The notes beneath the pieces are model-generated. The model saw only the letters and a program-made list of their open reading frames with translations, did not search any database and was not told where the DNA came from. Shown piece by piece: positions 10,271 to 19,928 of a stretch of 64,000 nt of DNA. The first letter of the stretch is position 1. The number at the start of each line of letters is the position of its first letter. Made by a program: the position numbers and the translations under genes. The stretch comes from Candidatus Thorarchaeota archaeon (lineage in GTDB: Archaea; Asgardarchaeota; Thorarchaeia; Thorarchaeales; Thorarchaeaceae): positions 96,001 to 160,000 of the forward strand of contig RDOC01000002.1 in assembly GCA_011364985.1 (NCBI GenBank). The letters run 5' to 3'.

Positions 10271-10379
10271 GCTCCGGTAGATATGCTGTAATTTCATTCA
10301 GCATTACCGAGTGTAGTCCGGCCCAGCATGGGGGACTCTCGATCCCCCGACCCGGGTTCAAATCCCGGCCGGAGCACCA
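10271..10379 (+). tRNA. tRNA-Glu(CTC) with a 31-nt intron at position 10/11 (10281-10311)
   Basis: GCTCCGG/CCGGAGC acceptor, GGGGA-CTCTCGA-TCCCC anticodon arm; removing 10281-10311 restores the D-stem; BHB helix CGGT/ACCG with bulges AGA and AGT. Confidence 0.9.
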
Positions 10380-10384
10380 ATTCT

Positions 10385-12349
10385 TCAACTGATTATGTTT
10401 CTTTTGTAAATTAGTGGAATTCCTACTATAATTATGGATAGTAGAATACTCAATGTGAGTCCAGATACACCGACACCTTGGGCTGCTAGTGCATCTGCCT
10501 CAGAAACAACTATCATAATATTTCCGTAGCATGAAGCAATTGTGGGCTGGACCTTAGTCTGGTAGTGAAGAATATGAGTGCCAATTCCTAATATGGGAAG
10601 ATGAATACTAACAAATCCATTTTCTTGAGATGTTGCCGTCATTGTGATTTTATTCCATGTATAACTGAAATCTACGTCTTTCAAATAGGTACCATTAAGA
10701 CCACGAATCATGAAGTTTACGATGATTTCCTGCGCTGGTGGAGTAATCTCGTAGCTGTCGGTCTGAATCGTTACAGGCATAACTCTTGTCACGACAAAAG
10801 GATAGGAAAGATTAGCTGACAGTTCTAATCCTGATTGTGTCCCGTAGTAGAATAGAGTGAAGACGTAGACATTTTCAATTACTGGAGCAACAAGATGAAT
10901 TTCAGCAACGCCTTCTGAATTCGTTGTGAAGATTTCTATTGTTTCGTTATCGAGACCCTTAAGTTCAATCAATCTCTCGGATATTCCACCGTTATGGTCC
11001 TTCAATTTGACTTCAAATGATATACCTTGTGAAGGAGATGCATATCCAAGGATGCTATTGGATATGATTACTAGATTTGGTTGAGACCATACGACAACAT
11101 CTTGGAAGTGAGTCGTATTTGAAATGTAGTTGTTGCCTGTGATTCTGATTTCTAGTGAATGTGAGCCTATGCAATCCTTGAATGCAAATGGAACATCTAC
11201 ATAGGTTAAACTATAGGCAATTCTTGTAGACATTTCCTCGCCTGATAACAGGTCATGTAGGTTAACTACAGAATTTGGAATATACCTACCTAAGGTATCA
11301 GAAACTTCAATTCTGAATATGTTATCGATTCCTAAAACTACATTGGTCGGAATTTTCGTATCTAAAAGAACTGGACTAATTACATTGAAGTTGACTTCGA
11401 TATAGGTAGCTGCATTACGATCTGTACCATTGTATTCTATTCTAACAGTATTTGGTCCAAGAAAGAATCTGGAATCTATGCTGATTTGGACCATGGCGTC
11501 CCCATTTTGGTTTGTTGTTATGGAATCAAAGAGAGCATTGTTAATAAGTAAGTCTAAGACAGAATTCGGAGTCCGGCCTTCGTGTGTTTCAAGATGTAGT
11601 TGAAATTCCAAAGTATCTGCCAAATTGACATTAGCAGGAAGAGAAGTATCCAAGTCTATGACACTTTCGATTTGTTCAACAGTGTATTGCAGAGAAATCT
11701 CAGCTTCAGAATGATGTGATTCTAAGCTTTGTTCAAACTTGACCAAAAAATCATTGATACCTAATGAGCTCCAAGTCAAATTGCACTGGAACATGAAGAA
11801 TGCGTATCCAGTTTCATTTGTTGTACTGGATGCCATTTCGGATGCAATTGAAAATAGAGAAACTTGTGCTCCGGCTATGGGTTCATTCATGTCATTTAGA
11901 AGTGTGAGTTCAAGGAGAAAGTAGTCGTTGGGATGCAGTGTTTCTGAGTAGTGTTCAATGATTATTTGTGATCTTGAGAGTATATGGATATAAGCCCATT
12001 GAGAAGAAGATGCAAGAGCTAGAGATTCATTTCCCAAGAAAGTTACGTTCACAGGTGTTATGCCCAAAGGATGATTCGATGGAATACTCCATATTATTGA
12101 CGCATAGCCCTCTTGATTTGTTAGCGCAGAACCTAGGCATACGTCCAAAATAGCATCATAGAAGCTAATGACTTGATCAGGAACGGGATCACCATACGTC
12201 CCATTTTGCAACAATTGTGCAGATAGAAGTATCTCATCTCCTCTGACCACAATAACCTCGCCTTCTGCATGAACATCTGTGGCATTAGATATTGATATGA
12301 CTATCAAACCAACAATACCAATGACTAATAGAGTAAGAAATCGTTTCAT
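10385..12349 (-). CDS. Membrane-anchored surface protein with Ig-like repeats
   Basis: Signal peptide MKRFLTLLVIG..., repeated TTNxxGxA motifs, C-terminal TM helix followed by KR. Confidence 0.8.
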   Translation of the reverse strand: MKRFLTLLVIGIVGLIVISISNATDVHAEGEVIVVRGDEILLSAQLLQNGTYGDPVPDQVISFYDAILDVCLGSALTNQEGYASIIWSIPSNHPLGITPVNVTFLGNESLALASSSQWAYIHILSRSQIIIEHYSETLHPNDYFLLELTLLNDMNEPIAGAQVSLFSIASEMASSTTNETGYAFFMFQCNLTWSSLGINDFLVKFEQSLESHHSEAEISLQYTVEQIESVIDLDTSLPANVNLADTLEFQLHLETHEGRTPNSVLDLLINNALFDSITTNQNGDAMVQISIDSRFFLGPNTVRIEYNGTDRNAATYIEVNFNVISPVLLDTKIPTNVVLGIDNIFRIEVSDTLGRYIPNSVVNLHDLLSGEEMSTRIAYSLTYVDVPFAFKDCIGSHSLEIRITGNNYISNTTHFQDVVVWSQPNLVIISNSILGYASPSQGISFEVKLKDHNGGISERLIELKGLDNETIEIFTTNSEGVAEIHLVAPVIENVYVFTLFYYGTQSGLELSANLSYPFVVTRVMPVTIQTDSYEITPPAQEIIVNFMIRGLNGTYLKDVDFSYTWNKITMTATSQENGFVSIHLPILGIGTHILHYQTKVQPTIASCYGNIMIVVSEADALAAQGVGVSGLTLSILLSIIIVGIPLIYKRNIIS

Positions 12350-12618
12350 TGGATTACCTTCGATTGAGCTAGTTGGCTACTATACTTGATGAGATGAACT
12401 CTCATTCCTTGTTGCAGCACAATTTCACAAGATGTGCGGCAGTTCCTTCTTTACGTTCTTCACACTCATTTTTAACCTCCTACAAATCCGGCTTCATATC
12501 TATTGAAAAAACAGAAGTCTGGGGGAGTTCATATGTGTTAGAAAGAACAGGAGCTTGGTCATGATTGTAGTACTTAGTATCCACGGATACTGCTGTTGAT
12601 GAAGCGAGTGATGTATTA

Positions 12619-15600
12619 ATGACTAGGTGTAAGAAAAGAAGAACAACCCATGATACTTCCGAAGAAGCAGTTTTACGGAGTACTTGGATTATTGAGGTTC
12701 TTTGGATTGTGACCACTCTGATTAGTTCACTCTACCTGCTTCTTGCATACCTATTGCCACTTGCTAATGTTACTGGTTCCCTCTACTTTCAGTTCAAATT
12801 CCAGATAGAGATTCTAGTCTGTATTGTCCCTCTTAGTCTGTCAATCATTATGACATTTGGTAGATTCGAGAGGAAAGAAATACTGATTACTATAAAGAAT
12901 GACATACTTGTTTTTAGTGTGGATAATCGATTGATTGGAATAAGTTGTCTTGATATTCTAACGGTGCCAGGATCTGTACGAATAGAAGATAGAAACCAGC
13001 CGGAGTATGATACGACATTTCTTTTAGCATTACGAGCTGGAATAAATGCCAGAGTTACTATGAGTTACGAAATTGGTGTTCAGAATAATGAACCGTTTCT
13101 TCGAATCTTCATTACTGCCTTAGGAAATGAGTTAGATGAAATAACTAGTAGAATTAGAACAGAAGCTACTAGAGCCGAAGCAATATTCTTAGCTTCATTT
13201 AATAATATTGAACTGAATCAGCTAAACAATATTGAATTAAGAAAAGCTGTGCTTTCCCATCTTGGAAAGGAATTTCGCGAATCGAATCGAATCACTCTTG
13301 ATGATTTCCCAGAGCATCAGACATTTCTCGTTTTGGAAGGAAAACCACGAGTAATGCCTTTGTATGATGCGTCTCAAGTGGGGACATTCATTTCGACTGT
13401 ATTGAAGCAAGGATATACAGCCAGTTTGTCCTGTGTCTTTTCTAGAGCCAAACCTGGAAGAGAACGAAGAAGACTTGAAGGAGAATGGAAATCGATACGT
13501 GCAAAGGAAAAGAGAAACGAAGACTCCTTGGAAGATCAGGCAACAAAGAAGAGGCTTCTTCGCCATTACAATGAGATTCAAGGAAAGGAAGCTTGGTTTG
13601 ATGTATCTGTGGCATTATCCATTGTTGGAGATAATGGGGATCATCTTCGGCAATCAGAAGAAGGTCTTTTGGGGTTATTTTACTCTATATGGGGTGGAGA
13701 TGAAACTATTGATTTGAGAAGAAGAAAATTGAATCGGAGAACGGCCTATCGAATGCTTGCAAGACGACATTTGAAATCTCAAAGGATGCATGTAAGCCGT
13801 CTTGCTGCTTTTGTTAATACACCGGTACAGCAATTGCCAGTAATTGCAGCTTCTCTTCTGCCCACATTTTCAATACCTCCAAATCAAGTTGTTGATAATG
13901 AACTTATAATAGGCAAGGTTTCTTTTGGAGGTCATAGGCTTAACGATGTAGGACTTAAAATTGAATGGCTACGAGAACATATCGCAGTACTTGGAGCAAC
14001 AGGGACAGGAAAGACTACCCTTGTGAAACAGCTAATGGCAGAACTTGGTGCAAAAACCGACATACCATGGTGGATTTTTGATATCAAAGGATCTGAATAT
14101 ATTGATTTGATGAATTCATGTCGTGGAGATATTCACGTTTTACGTCCTGGAGTCGATTCTTCCTTTGTAATTGATTTAATGGATTCCGAAATTGATTCCA
14201 TTGAAAGGCATGCACATACAACCTTTGCGATTTTAAAAGAACTACTTAGGGAAAGAGGGACATCATCAGAGCTAACCCCAGCAATGGAGAGACTACTTCG
14301 TTCTGCTGTTCTCTCAGTAGCAAGATCTGAACAAAATGAGAACTCGATACAGGCTCTTGTTCAGAAGATAGTGGAGTTATCAGATAAAGATCGAGTAGGA
14401 AGTATGACTAAGGATGCTCTCTTGAATCGTCTGGAAATCTTGTCACGAGAACCTCTCGGAGCTATTCTTGCTGGAGGTTCTTCCGCGATTAAGATTTCGG
14501 ATATGATGGAAAAACGAGTGATATTTGACCTACATCATGTAGCTATGGTTGGAGGAATGGAAGCAGCCAGACTGCTTTACAATCTTATTGCCAAAAGAAT
14601 TTTTGATTATGCCCTTCATAGAGGAATCACACCAGGGCTTCAACATGTTGTTGTTCTTGAAGAAGCTAGCAATTTGGTGCCAGAAAGCTATTCTCGTGAC
14701 ACTGCAGCTGATGTTACAACAGGAGAATCAATGGTGATGCTGCTTAGGGCTACAGGACAGGGAGTTGTTGTAATCTCTACGAGACCAAATATATCATCTA
14801 ATATTCTTGCAAACACATCTACAAAGATAACCTTTAGACTACCCTATGATAGCTCTATTGGCAGCAGATTCATGTCGCTTGATGAAACTCAAGAAAGGTA
14901 CCTTAGAGTTTTGAAAAGAGGTCATGCTTTGGTGATACTCCCTGGTACTGAAACCTTCGAGATGTTGACGTATCCTTTTGAAACATCGTTGACTTCAGAA
15001 GTAGTGCCAAGTAGAATATCAATGGAACATGAACAACCTATGGTCAGCACAGAGAATGAAATATCTTCACATGATGCTATTGAATATAAGAAACGACTTG
15101 TTGAATCTGAAATAGAAGAAAAGATTACGAAACATGGCACTGTCTTTGACCGAATTGGAGAAGTTGGAAATCATGTTGTAGCTTTTCTCGCATCAAGAGG
15201 AATGGCCACACAAAAGCAAATCCAAGCGCTTTTGACAACGATTGACTTCGGAATTGAGGATGAAGATATCAATGAGATGATCCGTGATCTTGTATCTCTT
15301 GGGACTATTGAAAGAGAAGCATTGTCACTAGTATCTGGAGGCTTTGTCTTTACACTTCCCGGTTGTGGTCTTGAAGCAGTAAAGGCTGCAATAATTGATT
15401 ATATTGTAAATCGTTTAGGATCATATTATCAGGAACAAGAGGAGAAAAGTAAAGGTGGACTAGATCTCCTTATCGATGATAAGGCCATTCTTATTCTACC
15501 TGAACATTTGAAAGCATCATCAATTGAAAAAGTACTTCATAGTATCAGAAGCCGAATGAATGTTCTAGGTAACAGCTTCGCAGAATTGATTGTGGTTGTA

Positions 15601-16419
15601 AGGGGGAGTGTTGCTGCGGCAAAGCTACGAGAAATGATGGATATTTCTGAGGATTTTGATGTTGTGAATGTTGTATCTGCATTTCCAAGTTCTTTAGACA
15701 ATATGATAGAGAAACTGATTCCTAGAATAGACCAAAAAGAAGTTCAGACAAAACAATCTTGTCTTGAATCATCTGAACCGGAATCTGAACAAATCGATCT
15801 TATTGGATCTATCCATGAGATGGGTACTGCTACTAGTCGAGCTATACAAATGAGGCTTTGGTTTCAGCTCATGCAGGATTTCATCGACCTTTCCGATGGA
15901 CAAGTGGAATGGTCAGTGCTGTTGGAGTTCATTAACACAACTGCTATGCAATCCTTGAAAGGAAGATCTACACTATTGAATGCAGAAGAAGGAAAGCGCG
16001 CCTTAACTGAGTTGCTTGCTGATGAAGTCCTTATTGCGGTTCGAGTTGGCAGTGGATTTGACTTCGTAGATCTGTCTGAAGGATTATGGGTTTTGAATTC
16101 TGTAGTTCTGGAAGGGCTACGAAATCGTGTCCTCGATGTGATTGAAACTGAACTGAAAAGGAGAAGAATGCAGGTCTTCAAGGGTCATGGATACTATGAC
16201 TTCTGTGCGAATGGGGTATCCTATGTTGTCTTTCCTAATCAGCAGCAATTGAATACTCTATTACATTTACAAAGTGATATTGCCTGCAGAACTTGCAAGT
16301 CCAGACAAATTGTCTGCCTTCTTACAGCAGCTGAGTATTTGGAAGATAATGTAGTTATGCCACAAAACATGCATTTGTTTGACTTTTCGGAGTATGTATC
16401 TGCTGTAGGTGTTTCCTGA
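12619..16419 (+). CDS. Membrane-anchored HerA/VirB4/FtsK-superfamily ATPase with long C-terminal extension
   Basis: Two N-terminal TM segments, HIAVLGATGTGKTT, IFDIKGSEY, VVLEEASN Walker B, STRP...ILANTSTKITFRL; start uncertain. Confidence 0.85.
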   Translation: MTRCKKRRTTHDTSEEAVLRSTWIIEVLWIVTTLISSLYLLLAYLLPLANVTGSLYFQFKFQIEILVCIVPLSLSIIMTFGRFERKEILITIKNDILVFSVDNRLIGISCLDILTVPGSVRIEDRNQPEYDTTFLLALRAGINARVTMSYEIGVQNNEPFLRIFITALGNELDEITSRIRTEATRAEAIFLASFNNIELNQLNNIELRKAVLSHLGKEFRESNRITLDDFPEHQTFLVLEGKPRVMPLYDASQVGTFISTVLKQGYTASLSCVFSRAKPGRERRRLEGEWKSIRAKEKRNEDSLEDQATKKRLLRHYNEIQGKEAWFDVSVALSIVGDNGDHLRQSEEGLLGLFYSIWGGDETIDLRRRKLNRRTAYRMLARRHLKSQRMHVSRLAAFVNTPVQQLPVIAASLLPTFSIPPNQVVDNELIIGKVSFGGHRLNDVGLKIEWLREHIAVLGATGTGKTTLVKQLMAELGAKTDIPWWIFDIKGSEYIDLMNSCRGDIHVLRPGVDSSFVIDLMDSEIDSIERHAHTTFAILKELLRERGTSSELTPAMERLLRSAVLSVARSEQNENSIQALVQKIVELSDKDRVGSMTKDALLNRLEILSREPLGAILAGGSSAIKISDMMEKRVIFDLHHVAMVGGMEAARLLYNLIAKRIFDYALHRGITPGLQHVVVLEEASNLVPESYSRDTAADVTTGESMVMLLRATGQGVVVISTRPNISSNILANTSTKITFRLPYDSSIGSRFMSLDETQERYLRVLKRGHALVILPGTETFEMLTYPFETSLTSEVVPSRISMEHEQPMVSTENEISSHDAIEYKKRLVESEIEEKITKHGTVFDRIGEVGNHVVAFLASRGMATQKQIQALLTTIDFGIEDEDINEMIRDLVSLGTIEREALSLVSGGFVFTLPGCGLEAVKAAIIDYIVNRLGSYYQEQEEKSKGGLDLLIDDKAILILPEHLKASSIEKVLHSIRSRMNVLGNSFAELIVVVRGSVAAAKLREMMDISEDFDVVNVVSAFPSSLDNMIEKLIPRIDQKEVQTKQSCLESSEPESEQIDLIGSIHEMGTATSRAIQMRLWFQLMQDFIDLSDGQVEWSVLLEFINTTAMQSLKGRSTLLNAEEGKRALTELLADEVLIAVRVGSGFDFVDLSEGLWVLNSVVLEGLRNRVLDVIETELKRRRMQVFKGHGYYDFCANGVSYVVFPNQQQLNTLLHLQSDIACRTCKSRQIVCLLTAAEYLEDNVVMPQNMHLFDFSEYVSAVGVS

Positions 16420-16455
16420 TTCTTTGGAGACATATATAGTTAGACTTTTCTTTGG

Positions 16456-17259
16456 TTAAATGGCAATTCGAGTGCAAAGTACCTTTCTACCTCGAAGAAG
16501 CCCGGATAGAACATCCTTCTTTTGAAGATTGAATATTGCTATGTCGATTCCAGAATTGGACAGCCAAAAAAGCTCTTGGAGCTTCTTTGTCATTCCTCCA
16601 GTAACATCAGTGGCAGAAGAGGGCCCAGCCATTCTTAGTATTTGTTCTTTGTTCGATTGATCAATAAGAGGAACCAGTTTAGCTGAAGAATCAAGGTGTG
16701 GATCGCCTTCAAAGATGCCGTCGACGTCTGTTCCCATATATAGGGCATTGGCTTTGAGCCGCTTGGCAAGGTATGCAGCAATTGTGTCGCCACTTAAAAT
16801 TGAAGCTCCAAGAATATTGTCAAAGCATACATCACCATGTAGTATTACAATGATACCAGAGTCTATTGTTCTCTGAATGGATGTGATAGCAAAACTTTCG
16901 ATTATCCTGTCATTGAGCAAAACAAGAGAAAATGGAGAAAGTATAACGCTTTGAAGGTTATTAGCCTTCAAGATTGATTCTACCTCTAAAGAGAGTATAC
17001 TCATATTATGACGAATGTGTGGAATACCTCTAATCAACTGCCTTTTGTCTGTAGAAACATCGGAATAACCGTATGAATGTGCAGCCTGATGTCCATGTGC
17101 TCCCCCTCCAAGAACAAGGATAAGTTTTCCAGTGTAGTCTTTGATTTCCTTGGCTATTAGCGTTAGATTTGCTATATTGACTTTCGGAGGAACAGATGAT
17201 TTGTGTGTTATGACAGACCCGCCAAGCTTTACAATGATGAGTTTCTTTGCTTGAGGCAT
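16456..17259 (-). CDS. ipk: Isopentenyl phosphate kinase (amino acid kinase family)
   Basis: IVKLGGSVITHK, GGGAHGHQAA, LHGDV, ILSGD, DVTGGM; start reassigned to ATG 17259. Confidence 0.85.
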   Translation of the reverse strand: MPQAKKLIIVKLGGSVITHKSSVPPKVNIANLTLIAKEIKDYTGKLILVLGGGAHGHQAAHSYGYSDVSTDKRQLIRGIPHIRHNMSILSLEVESILKANNLQSVILSPFSLVLLNDRIIESFAITSIQRTIDSGIIVILHGDVCFDNILGASILSGDTIAAYLAKRLKANALYMGTDVDGIFEGDPHLDSSAKLVPLIDQSNKEQILRMAGPSSATDVTGGMTKKLQELFWLSNSGIDIAIFNLQKKDVLSGLLRGRKVLCTRIAI

Positions 17260-17396
17260 TTGCTTAGTCAAGGCAGAAGGCCTTCTTATGGATATTCCCA
17301 TGTAATAAGTGGAATCTGATTTCAAACACAAGACAACCTTTTTATCCGTATCCAATTCCGTAGCTTTGGATACCTCAAGTGAGGATGAATTGCCGA

Positions 17397-17708
17397 ATGA
17401 CTCAAAAAGCAAGGATTCGATTGTCGAGCACAAGTACTGAACACCTTGATAGTGTGTGTAATCAAATCAAGAGAATTACTCGTAAGACAGGTGTTCGTAT
17501 GGCCGGTCCAATCCCATTGCCAACCCGAAAAATGGTAGTTCCGACTCGGAAGACGCCATGTGGACAGGGTTCTGAGTCATGGGATAAATGGGAAATGAGA
17601 GTCCATAAGCGTCTGATAGATATAGATGCTGATGAACGAGCCATTCGGCAGATTATGCGTGTTCGTATTCCTGATTCCGTTTACATTGAGATTGAGCTGA
17701 CAGGGTAG
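17397..17708 (+). CDS. rps10: 30S ribosomal protein uS10
   Basis: [39 protein letters not shown]. Confidence 0.97.
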   Translation: MTQKARIRLSSTSTEHLDSVCNQIKRITRKTGVRMAGPIPLPTRKMVVPTRKTPCGQGSESWDKWEMRVHKRLIDIDADERAIRQIMRVRIPDSVYIEIELTG

Positions 17709-17795
17709 TTAATGCTTTCCTTGTCTTGACACAAACTCTTTTTGTACAAACTCTGTTTTCTATATGTTTGAATAAGACAGAGGCGTTTCGAGAAG

Positions 17796-19619
17796 ATGTG
17801 TGGGATTATTGGTGTTGTCCAAAAACGTGGTCAAGTAGCTCCATTTTTACATCAGGCTTTGAAACGTCTTGAGTATAGAGGGTATGACTCTGTAGGGGTT
17901 ACTACCATTTCCAACAACGAATTGTCAATGAAGAAGGATAAAGGTAAGATAGAAGAAGTCCATGTGAAACTAAATCTAGATGATATGCCCGGGAATATTG
18001 GAATTGGACATACTAGATGGGCGACTCATGGAATTCCTTCCATGTATAATTCCCATCCTCATTTTGATTGTAAAAATCAGATTGCTGTTGTTCACAACGG
18101 CGTCATAGACAATTTCCTAGAATTGAGATCCGAGCTGAGCTCCAAGGGACATGAGTTTAGTTCGGAAACAGATACCGAAGTCATTCCGCATATGATTGAG
18201 GAGGGTATGGCTGAAGGACACAGCTTAGTTGATGCATTGAAAGAAGTTACGAAACGTATTGAAGGTACTTACGCGATTGTGGCGATGTCTACTCAAGAAT
18301 CTGATAAGATTGTATGTACACGTGATGGTAATCCTCTTGTAATAGGTAGGAAAGAAGGGGCTTCGTATGTTTCATCGGATATTCCCGCCTTCTTGCCAAT
18401 GACAGATGACATGATTCTTCTCCTTGATGGAGAGATTGCAGTGCTAAGTGCAGGTGGAGTAGAGATTCGTAAACTATCAGATGATTCTCTGGTTGATAGA
18501 GAAACTATCAAGATAAGCTGGACAGCAGATCAAGCTGAGAAAGGTGGATTTCCTCATTTTATGCTAAAGGAAATTCATGAACAGCCTGATGCCATAAGAA
18601 ATACTCTTCGTCTACGTTTTGATACGATACAAAAGGCTGCTAAAATGATACAGGAAGCTAGACGGGTCTACTTCTTAGCAATGGGTACATCTGGTCATGC
18701 AGCGCTTGCCGGTCGTCATATGTTTGCTGCACTCTCAGGTATATTGCCTATATTTGAGCTTGCCAGTGATTTTCAGGATATAGTTTATGGATCTCTGTCA
18801 GAAAAGGATTGTATTGTTGCAATAACTCAATCGGGAGAAACAACTGACACAATAGTATCAGCAAAGTATGCGAAGAGTTTTGGAACAAAGGTATTAGCAA
18901 TCACAAATGTAGTGGGCAGTTCGATAACAAGAATTGCAGATTATACTGTAATTACTCAGGCAGGACCAGAAATTGGTGTTGCGGCAACAAAGACATTTAT
19001 GGTGCAGCTAACAGTCCTAGCTCAAATTGCCTTAGCTGCGTCTGAACAGACTGGATTTCTAGCAGAATATCTAATAGAGAAGAAACGAAAGTGTCTTCAA
19101 GAATTACCAGATTTGGTATCTCAAGTTATTTCAAGAAATGAGGAAATTGCGAGACGTCTTGCTGGAGAGCTATATAAGCGTTCAAGTCTACTCTTTCTTG
19201 GAAGAGGAGTATCGATTGCCACAGCAGAAGAAGGTGCTTTAAAGCTCAAGGAGATTGCTTACAATCATGCTGAAGCATATTCTGCTGGAGAATCAAAGCA
19301 TGGACCAATCGCACTTGTTGAGAAAGGATACCCTGTTGTTTTTGTTGCACCAAGAGATGAAACAAGAAATCGGATAATTGGAAATGTGATGGAAATGAAA
19401 GCACGTGGTGCCTCTATTATTTCTGTTTTAGAAAGAGGAGACCAAGAGCTTGGGGATTTGTCCGACTATTCGTTTGTTGTTCCAGAAGGCATTGAACCCG
19501 AGTTTTCGACAATGCCATACGTAGTACCACTTCAGCTATTTAGCTACTACATGGCGAGAAGAAAAGGGTTTGACCCTGACAAACCTCGAAATCTGGCAAA
19601 GTCGGTAACAGTCCTTTGA
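17796..19619 (+). CDS. glmS: Glutamine--fructose-6-phosphate transaminase (isomerizing)
   Basis: MCGIIG, LEYRGYDS, GHTRWATHG, QSGET, C-terminal PRNLAKSVTV. Confidence 0.97.
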   Translation: MCGIIGVVQKRGQVAPFLHQALKRLEYRGYDSVGVTTISNNELSMKKDKGKIEEVHVKLNLDDMPGNIGIGHTRWATHGIPSMYNSHPHFDCKNQIAVVHNGVIDNFLELRSELSSKGHEFSSETDTEVIPHMIEEGMAEGHSLVDALKEVTKRIEGTYAIVAMSTQESDKIVCTRDGNPLVIGRKEGASYVSSDIPAFLPMTDDMILLLDGEIAVLSAGGVEIRKLSDDSLVDRETIKISWTADQAEKGGFPHFMLKEIHEQPDAIRNTLRLRFDTIQKAAKMIQEARRVYFLAMGTSGHAALAGRHMFAALSGILPIFELASDFQDIVYGSLSEKDCIVAITQSGETTDTIVSAKYAKSFGTKVLAITNVVGSSITRIADYTVITQAGPEIGVAATKTFMVQLTVLAQIALAASEQTGFLAEYLIEKKRKCLQELPDLVSQVISRNEEIARRLAGELYKRSSLLFLGRGVSIATAEEGALKLKEIAYNHAEAYSAGESKHGPIALVEKGYPVVFVAPRDETRNRIIGNVMEMKARGASIISVLERGDQELGDLSDYSFVVPEGIEPEFSTMPYVVPLQLFSYYMARRKGFDPDKPRNLAKSVTVL

Positions 19620-19661
19620 GGACCTTAAATACACCAATCATGATTATATGTGTGAATCCAG

Positions 19662-19910
19662 ATGCAGGGAGTACTTCTTAGTCCGCTCTTAGACTTTGCA
19701 AATTTAATAGCTGCATATTTCGCAGAGATTTGGGACTTTCTCATTTTCATTGGAAGAATATCAGCCGTAATAGTAGTCTTGGTTGGGGCTATTCTCTGGT
19801 TTACTGAAGTCAATTGTTCCAAAGGGAAGAGCTTGGTCATGAGTGGAGTCTTGCTTGCCATTATAGTGCAGTACTTTGTGACTTATCCTCCAGGTTTCAT
19901 ATTAGGCTAA
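19662..19910 (+). CDS. Small two-TM membrane protein, VirB2/TrbC/CedA1 pilin-like architecture
   Basis: 82 aa, two hydrophobic helices joined by a short basic loop (SKGK). Confidence 0.55.
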   Translation: MQGVLLSPLLDFANLIAAYFAEIWDFLIFIGRISAVIVVLVGAILWFTEVNCSKGKSLVMSGVLLAIIVQYFVTYPPGFILG

Positions 19911-19928
19911 TCTCTGATCAATAGATTA

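Noticed and set aside
17260-17433. N-terminal extension of the IPK ORF
   Set aside because: Overlaps rps10 and the divergent promoter; the family motif begins after ATG 17259
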